Source: Bdellovibrionales bacterium (GTDB lineage: Bacteria; Bdellovibrionota; Bdellovibrionia; Bdellovibrionales; JAMPXM01). From it: a DNA stretch of 20,090 nucleotides. Within the stretch, counting starts at the first letter, position 1, and every line of letters starts with the position of its first letter. The notes below the pieces were generated by a model. The model was not told where the DNA came from. It worked only from the letters and a program-made list of their open reading frames with translations, and ran no database searches. The DNA lies in contig JAYTRM010000225.1 of NCBI GenBank assembly GCA_043746165.1, positions 1 through 20,090 on the forward strand, read 5' to 3'. Position numbers and translations under genes: made by a program. This document shows, piece after piece, positions 7,634 through 15,239 of the stretch.

Positions 7634-8714
7634 TCAGCAGCCCTGGATCAGATCGCGTCAGTTCGACGTTTGTTTTATTCTCGCGCCCGCATTTGCGACA
7701 AGTTTTTTTGTGCTTTTTTTCCGTCACTGGCTTCAGCCTTATGCCGAAGTGGGCCCTGTTGCCTGGCTCATGCTCGTTGTCGGGATTGATGTTGCGCACG
7801 TCTATTCTTCACTATTTCGAACCTACTTAGATCGCAATCTCAAGGCGAGACCTTTGCTCTGGCAAGTTCCGCTCGTTTGTTGGGTGATAGGAGCACTACT
7901 TTATTCGGTCAGACCTGAAATTTTTTGGTCGGGCCTCGCGTATTTTGCGGTTTTTCACTTCGTTCGTCAGCAGTACGGCTTTGTCATGATCTACTCACGC
8001 TTTGAAAAGCACACGAGATTGAGCCGCGCTCTCAATCAGTTGGTGATCTATGCCGCTACCGTTTACCCTCTTCTTTACTGGCACTCCCACCTCCCACGGC
8101 GCTTTGTTTGGTTTATCGAGGGCGATTTTTTTTTCGCGGTACCGGCCTCGGTCACAAGCACCTTTGGTTGGATTGAAGTTGCTTTGCTCAGCATTTACGC
8201 GGCTCGTGAAATCCGGGCGTACTGGTTTCATAAAAGCTTCAACCTCCCTCGCAACTTACTCATTCTGGGCACGCTCGCCTCGTGGACGATCGGCATCGTT
8301 TCGCTCAACAACGATCTAGCATTCACCATCACCAACGTAATATCGCACGGCATTCCCTACGTCGCTTTATTGTGGCACTACGGCAATCGCAAAGATCCCA
8401 CGCCGGGTTTTAAAATTCTCCGGCAAAATTTGTTCTGTGCTCGCTGGGTGCCGATTTTTCTCGGGCTTCTTTTGCTCTTAAGTTATCTCGAAGAAGGACT
8501 CTGGGATGGGCTCGTGTGGCGCGATCACCTGCAGCTTTTTCCCCAGTTCGCGGCTCTTCCAATTCTCACCGATTCGAATTTGCTCGTTGTTTTGGTGCCA
8601 TTTTTGGCTTTGCCGCAAGCCACACATTACTTGTTTGATGCTTTTTTGTGGAGAAGTACGGGTACCGATAATGGCTGGAAAAGCATCTTGTCAGGCGCGG
8701 GAGATTTAAAATGA
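7620..8714 (+). CDS. polytopic integral membrane protein of unknown function (about 8 TM)
   Basis: The 364-aa ORF is hydrophobic throughout, with no recognisable catalytic motif. It overlaps the upstream oxidoreductase by 14 nt and the downstream speH by 4 nt (ATGA), so it is embedded in the polyamine operon. Confidence 0.75.
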   Translation: MASPNQQPWIRSRQFDVCFILAPAFATSFFVLFFRHWLQPYAEVGPVAWLMLVVGIDVAHVYSSLFRTYLDRNLKARPLLWQVPLVCWVIGALLYSVRPEIFWSGLAYFAVFHFVRQQYGFVMIYSRFEKHTRLSRALNQLVIYAATVYPLLYWHSHLPRRFVWFIEGDFFFAVPASVTSTFGWIEVALLSIYAAREIRAYWFHKSFNLPRNLLILGTLASWTIGIVSLNNDLAFTITNVISHGIPYVALLWHYGNRKDPTPGFKILRQNLFCARWVPIFLGLLLLLSYLEEGLWDGLVWRDHLQLFPQFAALPILTDSNLLVVLVPFLALPQATHYLFDAFLWRSTGTDNGWKSILSGAGDLK

Positions 8715-9058
8715 CCTTCTCTGTCGGCATTCACCATCTCGTCGAACTCAAAGACTGCGACCCTCGCGCGATCAATGATCTTGAAGGGCTACGTTTGGCG
8801 CTTCTCAATGCCGTCGAAGCTTCAGGCGCCACGATCATCACCGATGTTTTTCACCCGTTTTCTCCGCATGGAGTGACCGGAGTCATCGTTATCGCCGAAT
8901 CCCATGTCTCGATCCACACCTGGCCTGAACTCGGCTATGCCGCACTCGACATTTTCACTTGCAGTCACAAAATGAACTCCCAACTCATTGTGGATCAATT
9001 GAAGGCTTTCACATGTTCGAAAACCCTGGAAGTCTCTAGTTACAGACGAGGACCCTAG
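8711..9058 (+). CDS. speH: S-adenosylmethionine decarboxylase proenzyme, small pyruvoyl type (SpeH/SpeD class 1)
   Basis: 115 aa. The conserved ...VIVIAESHVSIHTWPELGYAALDIFTC block is present. Glu63-Ser64 (codons 8897-8902) is the canonical self-cleavage site that generates the pyruvoyl group. Confidence 0.9.
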   Translation: MTFSVGIHHLVELKDCDPRAINDLEGLRLALLNAVEASGATIITDVFHPFSPHGVTGVIVIAESHVSIHTWPELGYAALDIFTCSHKMNSQLIVDQLKAFTCSKTLEVSSYRRGP

Positions 9059-9293
9059 CCCAAGGTCGAGAATCGATCCAAGTTCTACTCACACCTGAGG
9101 GCGCCTTCTATACTTGAGAGAGTCTAAAAAAACCTCGGAGGTCGAATGCGCGCTGGTCGTGCTATTTCTCATTCATCGCTCGTGTGCAGGAACAAAACAA
9201 CAATCACGGCGCGAAGTTTCGCCTCGTGAGTCTCGACCAAGCCATTGCTGAACACAACGTCCAGTTTCCACAAAATCATCAAGAGGGTCGCCA

Positions 9294-9830
9294 ATGAAAT
9301 CATTTAGTGTCGTCGCTTTAACGTTCGCGGTCACCATCTCAACGGCTTTTGCAAAAGAACACTTTAAAGTCCACACGCACCAAGACGTGATCAAACGGTA
9401 CACCTATTGGAAAGTTGCGAGCGTGGTCGATTACTTCTCATTCCTTCAAGAGGCAGACGACGCAGCGAGGGAGAAAAAAATTCTCGCTTGCGATCCGAGC
9501 CTTGAGCAAGCGCGAGATATATTCGGCGGCGAACTTCACTCCCTCGCCGACGGCGCAAGGAGGCCTGAACTCGACCGCTATCTTAAAAATCCGGTGAGCT
9601 ACGTTGGTCGCATCAAGACATGCGTTGCCGACTGCAGTTGCAATGCCATCGCGATGGTCCTAGCCGACGCTGATCTCACGCTGAATGATAAGGCAGAACA
9701 CAACCGAAATAAAACAGATTTGGATGCGAGTATCAAAGCGCAGCCCAAGGATCAAGACCTCGTCTGCGCGAAAAAAATGACTTGGTACTGCGGCAGCGGC
9801 CTGCAGACTTATCTTTATAAAAGCAAATAG
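9294..9830 (+). CDS. secreted Cys-rich protein of unknown function
   Basis: The signal peptide MKSFSVVALTFAVTISTAFA is clear, with cleavage predicted before KEHF. The mature part has 7 Cys, so disulfides are likely. GAGGG is upstream of the start. Confidence 0.7.
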   Translation: MKSFSVVALTFAVTISTAFAKEHFKVHTHQDVIKRYTYWKVASVVDYFSFLQEADDAAREKKILACDPSLEQARDIFGGELHSLADGARRPELDRYLKNPVSYVGRIKTCVADCSCNAIAMVLADADLTLNDKAEHNRNKTDLDASIKAQPKDQDLVCAKKMTWYCGSGLQTYLYKSK

Positions 9831-9839
9831 GGAGCCTTG

Positions 9840-10400
9840 ATGAAACAATCCACGCCCATACCGGCTCACGTTGTACCTCTGAACTTCTCCCTAGCTTTTA
9901 TTATGGTCGTTGCAACAATTCTTGCAACGCCTAGGGCAGCCCGATCGCAAACTGATGATGAGCCGAAGCCTCATAAAAAGGGTCTGATCGACCAGGTCAG
10001 CGGCCAAGGCTTCGGCATGGCTGGCTGCGGTGTCGGATCTATTTTATTTGGCGAGACGCCTGGCCTCGCCCAAGTTGCTGCCTCACTCACCAATCAAATT
10101 TACTTCAACAACACCTTTGCTGGAACTTCGGGAACTTCCAACTGCGAAGACGCCGACCCTATCGACGCGAGAACAGCGCAAGTATTCATCGACTCAAACC
10201 GCGTCGCGATCGAAAACGATATCGCCAAAGGTAGCGGCGAGACTCTGCAGGCTTTTTTTGAACTCGCCGGTTGCAGCCCACGTGGTGAATCTACCTTAAG
10301 CCTTCATCGCCATTACCAAGAGATATTTGTTCCGGGTGCAAAAAGCATCGACGTAGTAAAATCGATTCGTCAATTCACAACCTGCTCGCGCCTAGGATGA
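9840..10400 (+). CDS. secreted small protein, DUF3015-like, paralog A
   Basis: GGGAG (9830-9834) is 5 nt upstream of ATG 9840. The ORF track starts at TTG 9837. There is a hydrophobic N-terminal signal/anchor. It shares GCG-x-GS, SGTSNC, IAKGSGET, LHRHY..IFP and a C-terminal C-x-x-LG with the next gene. Confidence 0.75.
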   Translation: MKQSTPIPAHVVPLNFSLAFIMVVATILATPRAARSQTDDEPKPHKKGLIDQVSGQGFGMAGCGVGSILFGETPGLAQVAASLTNQIYFNNTFAGTSGTSNCEDADPIDARTAQVFIDSNRVAIENDIAKGSGETLQAFFELAGCSPRGESTLSLHRHYQEIFVPGAKSIDVVKSIRQFTTCSRLG

Positions 10401-10432
10401 ATTTTGATGACCTGTAAGAAAGGACTTAGAAA

Positions 10433-10909
10433 ATGACAAAGCGCTTTGCCTACCTCACTTTTACGGCCATCACGCTCTTAGCTCACTGCTGCTGGGGCGC
10501 AAGCAGACCATACGGCTCGGGAGGCTGCGGCCTCGGAAGTTTAGTGATGGGTAAGGATGGCAACCAAGTTCTTGCGATGACTCTAAATGCGACGGGTACT
10601 CAGACTTTTGCCATAAGCTCGGGAACCAGCAATTGCATCGACGGCGGGCTCATCAAAAAGAAAAAACAAGTTCGCGCCTTCATAGAGATCAACAACCAAA
10701 AGCTTGCGAGCGAGATTTCAAAAGGCCGCGGCGAGACTGTCAGTAGTCTGTCAAGGCTTCTTGATTGCCAAGATGACCAGGCCTTTGCATTGGGTTTACA
10801 CCGCCACTACTCAACTATTTTCCCGACAGAAAATACGCCTGCCGCCGAGGTTGAGCACGCCATTCGAAGCGTGATCAAAATTGACCTCGCGCAAATCTGT
10901 CTCGGATAA
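10433..10909 (+). CDS. secreted small protein, DUF3015-like, paralog B
   Basis: The signal peptide is MTKRFAYLTFTAITLLAHCCWGA. The protein is colinear with paralog A and has the same four conserved Cys positions (GGCGLGS, SGTSNC, LLDC, ICLG). Confidence 0.75.
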   Translation: MTKRFAYLTFTAITLLAHCCWGASRPYGSGGCGLGSLVMGKDGNQVLAMTLNATGTQTFAISSGTSNCIDGGLIKKKKQVRAFIEINNQKLASEISKGRGETVSSLSRLLDCQDDQAFALGLHRHYSTIFPTENTPAAEVEHAIRSVIKIDLAQICLG

Positions 10910-10912
10910 CCT

Positions 10913-12739
10913 GTGCTTCGGACCCTAGGGATCATTATGATCCTGACCAGCTCGGTCAGCGCGGCCGGCCAGGTGGCCGAGCTTTCCAAGTCCTCGGCCT
11001 GGCAAAAGCTGAATCATTTTCACCGCGTTGATCCAGTGACGGAGCTGAAACGGAACCTCGAACTCTTTCGAAACTCGCAAGCTGATAGGGCTCAGATTAA
11101 CGACGATAGCCAACTTGAACAAAAGCCCGAATGCCAAATGCCGGCGAGATTTATCTTTTTCAAAAAAAACCTGCCGGAAGCCTCGAGCTGGCTGATGCCC
11201 CGTTGCCCGAAGTGGCAGCACTTCTCGCAAGGATTAGCGGCCAAGTCGGTCACCCTGGTTTTTTCAAGTTATTATCTAGGAAATCCGACTTCGGCATTCG
11301 GTCACACTTTTTTGCGGCTTAATCGCGACGATGTCGGGCACGAACATCAGAGCCTGCTCGATTCAGGTGTTGGTTTTGCGCTGAGTGCAACAAAACAAAA
11401 TTCTATTTCGTACCTATTGGGAGGAATGCTGGGCTGGAACCTCGGCGAGTTCTCGGTCGTCCCCTATTACTTGAAAGTTTTAGAGTACAACAATTTTGAG
11501 TCACGCGACCTCTGGGAGTATGATCTCAATCTAACGCCAGAGGAGATCGAACTCTTAGTCGCTCATCTTTGGGAGCTCGGCCACGCGCAAATTCATTATT
11601 CCTACCTCAACCACAACTGCAGCTCGTTAGTTCTGGCCGCTCTCGAGGCCGCAGCCCCGAGACTGAATCTCCTAGGCCGCCTACCGTTCTGGGTTTTGCC
11701 CGCCGAGTCCGTCAAGGTGCTCTACCAAGAACCGGGCCTAGTCGGGGGATTTCATTACCGAGCGTCAAAGCGTTCGCAATCTGAGTTCGCTCTCGGAGGC
11801 CTCTCACCTGGCGACCGCAAAGAAGTGACAGAGATTTTAGAAACCAACGCGGCACCGATTGTCCATGGCGATGATCCTGCGCGCGAGCTCGACACGGTGA
11901 TCGATTTCATCGATTATCGATATTTTAAAGAGCTTCTTAAAGGCGATGTCGACGTTCAAAGGCGAAAGCAAGCTGCGTTGGTAGCTCGCAGTCAACTTCC
12001 TGCAGAAGCTGGCTTTGATCAGCAAGCTTCGATTCCCGCACAGGAAATTCCGCAGACCTCCCACGCACCGTCTCGACTCCAGGTTGGCCAACTCATTTCA
12101 CGTCTCGGTGAACGCTCACTTCTTATCGGACAGCGCTTTGCGCTGCATGACCAACTCGATCCGCAACAGGGGTATCCCGAAAGTTCAGAAATCGGCTTTT
12201 TTGACTTCGGCATTCGAGTTCTAAAACAGCCTAGCGTGATCGAGGATAATCAGGGCACAATCCGGGTCGACCATCTCTACGCTTTAAATCTCAAATCATA
12301 CCCTGATCTCACACGGTTGATACCGACTTCATCATGGAATTTTCGTCTCGGCGCCGAACGAACGTGGGACGAATCTTGCCTCAACTGCGTCGCCGGCGTA
12401 ATCGGCGCGGCTTCTGGCGCAAGCTTTAGCGTTCATAAAAAATTGATCGCCACGATTCTCCTTACCGGTGACCTCTCCACTTCCACAGAGTTTTCCAGCT
12501 CACCAGTGAAAAGTCGCCTCGGTCCAGAATTCAACCTACGAGCTATAATCACTCCCCGCCTCGTCTTCAACATAAACTCAACGTATTTACATCTTTTCTT
12601 TGCCGGGCCACCCGACACCTACCGAGTGACTGAAGAGATTCGCTGGACTTTAGCGGAGCCGCTCGCCGCCGGCCTGAAGTTTCAGCAATTACCTCGCGGC
12701 GACGTCGAGTCGTCGGCAAGTTTATATTATTACTACTGA
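10913..12739 (+). CDS. large signal-peptide protein. The N-terminal periplasmic domain is possibly Lnb-N/DUF4105-like and the C-terminus looks like an outer-membrane beta-barrel ending in ...LYYYY.
   Basis: The GTG start is 3 nt after the paralog B stop. The signal peptide is MLRTLGIIMILTSSVSAAG. AFGHTFLRLNRDD resembles the motif I recall for DUF4105, but the family assignment is uncertain. The C-terminal third has alternating hydrophobic strands and an aromatic C-terminus, typical of an OMP beta-signal. Confidence 0.7.
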   Translation: MLRTLGIIMILTSSVSAAGQVAELSKSSAWQKLNHFHRVDPVTELKRNLELFRNSQADRAQINDDSQLEQKPECQMPARFIFFKKNLPEASSWLMPRCPKWQHFSQGLAAKSVTLVFSSYYLGNPTSAFGHTFLRLNRDDVGHEHQSLLDSGVGFALSATKQNSISYLLGGMLGWNLGEFSVVPYYLKVLEYNNFESRDLWEYDLNLTPEEIELLVAHLWELGHAQIHYSYLNHNCSSLVLAALEAAAPRLNLLGRLPFWVLPAESVKVLYQEPGLVGGFHYRASKRSQSEFALGGLSPGDRKEVTEILETNAAPIVHGDDPARELDTVIDFIDYRYFKELLKGDVDVQRRKQAALVARSQLPAEAGFDQQASIPAQEIPQTSHAPSRLQVGQLISRLGERSLLIGQRFALHDQLDPQQGYPESSEIGFFDFGIRVLKQPSVIEDNQGTIRVDHLYALNLKSYPDLTRLIPTSSWNFRLGAERTWDESCLNCVAGVIGAASGASFSVHKKLIATILLTGDLSTSTEFSSSPVKSRLGPEFNLRAIITPRLVFNINSTYLHLFFAGPPDTYRVTEEIRWTLAEPLAAGLKFQQLPRGDVESSASLYYYY

Positions 12740-12812
12740 CCTTGACCTTGACGATTAAGCTAGCTTGACTTTGAATTGCGCGGCGCTTCTGCAAAGGGTA
12801 CCAGGTACCTTT

Positions 12813-14192
12813 TCAACGGACGATTTGTTTAAGTGCGTTGAAAAAATACGAGTCGATCTTTTTAAGGATTGTTCCTTCCATATCGAGCACGGCTTGACTT
12901 GGATTCATCGCCGGCGAGCCCTGTGTTTTGAGAACCCGCTGGCAGAACTCGTTGGCAACCGCCACAATCTTCGTCATTGGATGGATTTGCATCCGGCTCA
13001 TCCGATTCGGAAAGCCTTCACCGTCGCAACTCTCATGATGCTCGCGCACGATCCGGATCACGACCTCCGGCATCGAATTCGATTGACTTAGGACCTCGGC
13101 GCCACGGGTGGCATGTGTATCGTAAAACGCCCGAACGCTTTGCGGCCAATTCTCTCTTGGCGTATTCAAAATACCCGGATGAATATCGCGTAAGCCGATA
13201 TCATGAAGTAAAGCCGCGGCGGTGAGATTGAGTAAATCCGTTGGATTTTCCCAACCCAAAGCTTTGGCAATCATGACGGAGTAAACGCTGACACCGACAC
13301 CGTGACTAAAGAGGTTATCGACGTGCTGGCTTAGCATGTGCAAGAGTTCGTTCATTTCGGCTGATTCGGCCAAAAGGTTAACAGTCGACTGCACGTACGC
13401 CATCGAGCTCTCAAACAATGCGGTATCGAGTCCGTCTTTGGATAGTTGGTCGATAAAAACTTCGGACGTGTGACGAAGGATATCGATACGCCGTTCGTTA
13501 CGCACCGGATCGCTAACGACCGGCTTTGAGCGCCCCTTGAAATTTGTACCAAGGAAATGACGGAAATCTGCTCCGCGCAAAAATAAAAACTCAACGCCTT
13601 TGCCGCGAATTTCTTCCACTCGTTTATTAGTCAAATCAATCCCGCGGTGAGCGATCTTGACGAATTTCTTGACTGATAGCTGCAAAAATATGGGGTAGTT
13701 AGCAAACTTCGGTTGCGAGAACTCGCTGATCAGGATTTTCGCGTAATCATCGTCGAGTTCGGGTTCTGCTTGGCCCACGGAGATTTTCTGCCCAGCCGAC
13801 TTCGGGGAGGTCGATCTGCCAGAGGACATCTTCAAGCAGGCAGCGACTGCCTTGATGATACTTTCGCTTTCGATCGGCTTCATCACAAAAGCATCGGCAA
13901 GCCGTGACTCTGAATCCTGGCCGGCGACCTGACTTTGCAGAACTTCGGCCATATCTGTCATAAGGACGAGCGGCAGACTCGAATTTTCGCGGATGTATTT
14001 TGAAATCTCCAGACCGTCGACGTGCTCGCCGCCGACGTCGCAGACGACGATATCAAAAACCTGTTTTCGTATAAAAGTCATCGCTGTCTTAGAATCATGC
14101 GCCAGAACCACTTCATGGCCAAAGGCGGTGAACGTTTTTTGCAATTTTGTAGACGCACTCTCATCTTCGTCAATCAGTAGAATTCGACTCAC
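12813..14192 (-). CDS. response regulator: N-terminal receiver (REC) domain plus C-terminal HD-GYP-type phosphodiesterase domain (GFP variant of the GYP motif)
   Basis: REC has the acidic pair at the start (LLIDEDE), the phospho-acceptor Asp52 in DIVVCDV, LVLMTD and FVMKP. The HD domain has LLHDIGL (H330-D331) and HHESCDGEGFP (residues 385-395, nt 13008-13040). The GTG start overlaps the upstream stop (GTGA). Confidence 0.9.
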   Translation of the reverse strand: MSRILLIDEDESASTKLQKTFTAFGHEVVLAHDSKTAMTFIRKQVFDIVVCDVGGEHVDGLEISKYIRENSSLPLVLMTDMAEVLQSQVAGQDSESRLADAFVMKPIESESIIKAVAACLKMSSGRSTSPKSAGQKISVGQAEPELDDDYAKILISEFSQPKFANYPIFLQLSVKKFVKIAHRGIDLTNKRVEEIRGKGVEFLFLRGADFRHFLGTNFKGRSKPVVSDPVRNERRIDILRHTSEVFIDQLSKDGLDTALFESSMAYVQSTVNLLAESAEMNELLHMLSQHVDNLFSHGVGVSVYSVMIAKALGWENPTDLLNLTAAALLHDIGLRDIHPGILNTPRENWPQSVRAFYDTHATRGAEVLSQSNSMPEVVIRIVREHHESCDGEGFPNRMSRMQIHPMTKIVAVANEFCQRVLKTQGSPAMNPSQAVLDMEGTILKKIDSYFFNALKQIVR

Positions 14193-15238
14193 CTGAGCTC
14201 CGTTACGAGCGCCCGCTGTTCCGGTCGGCCCATTGCAAATAAAAATGGATCCTTGGCCTGGAGGTCTGTAAAATCTTGCTTGGACTTCAGTCCCCGCCAG
14301 TCGTTTTCAATCAAGATTTGGCCGATCGCTCCACCGAGGGTACTGCCAGGCCCAAGAAGTACCAGGTGGTCAGGTGCAAATTCTTTCAAAGCGACAGATA
14401 CGTCCGCGGTAAAATTGTATTTCTCGACTACTTGATCAACCAATGTGTAGCGATACAGGTTTTCGACATCTGTCGTGTACGGACTCCAAATGCAACCTCT
14501 TCCGTCAATCAAAGGAATTTCGGGACGAGCAAAAAGCTCGGGCTTTAAGAGTTCAAGCGCCCTGTTACTTGTCGATTTTAGCAATGGCGTATGGAAAGCT
14601 GCATGGTTGATCAGCTGAAAAGGATAATTCTCTTCGACCGGCAAAGCCTTGAGTAAAAGCGGAATTGCCGCTTTCGTCGCCCCGATCACCGCGTATCCGC
14701 CCAGATCAATTGAAACGTAACACTCACACCCGGCTTGGCGAGACACTTTCGCGATTGCATCTCGCACCAGCTCAATTCTCTTGGGAGACTTCACCCATTT
14801 CTCATCGACTACCGGATAAATCACTTGGCCGCCGATGACGTCTTCTTTCATCATCGAGCCCATGGTATTTACGACTTCAAACCCCCCGGCCCAATCAAGA
14901 CTTCCGCCAAACGCGGCGGCCAAGTACCAGCCCATAGAATTACCAGTGACCGCGACGATTTCAAATCGCGCGCGATCAATGGCCATGAAGTCGGCGTAAG
15001 ATGAGGCATATATCAACGCCGAAGCGTGTTCACCTTTGGTATGCAAATTAGGTTTAAAAATATCAGCCGAGTCGAGCTCGGTGATTGTTGGCACATTGAG
15101 TTTACGACGACGTTCATCGATATCAGCAATGAAGTCTTGAACCCCGCCACCATAATTACGGAGATAGCCCAACGTCTCCTTGGTGTAGGTTCCGCGCCCG
15201 GGGCAAATGACTACGACTCTTTTTTTCACCGCGTTCAC
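14189..15238 (-). CDS. FabD-family acyltransferase (malonyl-CoA:ACP transacylase-like fold), probably not malonyl-specific
   Basis: It is colinear with E. coli FabD. VVVICPGRGTYT matches FVFPGQGSQT. GNSMG, with nucleophile Ser101, matches GHSLG. NHAAFHTP matches VPSHCALM. The position aligning with the malonyl-carboxylate-binding Arg117 (VEMRGKF) appears to be Met (VNTMGSM), by eye alignment. The GTG start is 1 nt after the E1 gene stop. Confidence 0.85.
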   Translation of the reverse strand: MNAVKKRVVVICPGRGTYTKETLGYLRNYGGGVQDFIADIDERRRKLNVPTITELDSADIFKPNLHTKGEHASALIYASSYADFMAIDRARFEIVAVTGNSMGWYLAAAFGGSLDWAGGFEVVNTMGSMMKEDVIGGQVIYPVVDEKWVKSPKRIELVRDAIAKVSRQAGCECYVSIDLGGYAVIGATKAAIPLLLKALPVEENYPFQLINHAAFHTPLLKSTSNRALELLKPELFARPEIPLIDGRGCIWSPYTTDVENLYRYTLVDQVVEKYNFTADVSVALKEFAPDHLVLLGPGSTLGGAIGQILIENDWRGLKSKQDFTDLQAKDPFLFAMGRPEQRALVTELR

Positions 15239-15239
15239 C

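Noticed and set aside
8119-8127. T9 homopolymer inside the 8-TM protein gene as a phase-variation switch
   Set aside because: Nine T's is at the low end for slipped-strand switching, and the tract encodes a sensible FFF in a hydrophobic helix. It is noted in the findings but not called a contingency locus.
9059-9293. Terminator or small RNA downstream of speH
   Set aside because: Only weak, short palindromes (GCGAAgtTTCGC, ACCTCgGAGGT) with loops too small for real hairpins. No convincing intrinsic terminator or promoter consensus was found by eye.
9173-9403. Minus-strand 76-aa ORF spanning the 9059-9293 intergenic region and the 5' end of the secreted-protein gene
   Set aside because: It overlaps the start of a CDS with a clear signal peptide and has no RBS or recognisable features. 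It was treated as spurious.
12740-12812. Palindromes AAGCTAGCTT (12757-12766) and GGTACCAGGTACC (12797-12809) between the convergent Lnb-like and response-regulator genes as a bidirectional terminator
   Set aside because: There is no GC-rich stem followed by a U-run on either strand. The GGTACC pair cannot form a stable hairpin because the loop is only 1 nt. It may be a protein-binding site but is not supportable as a terminator.
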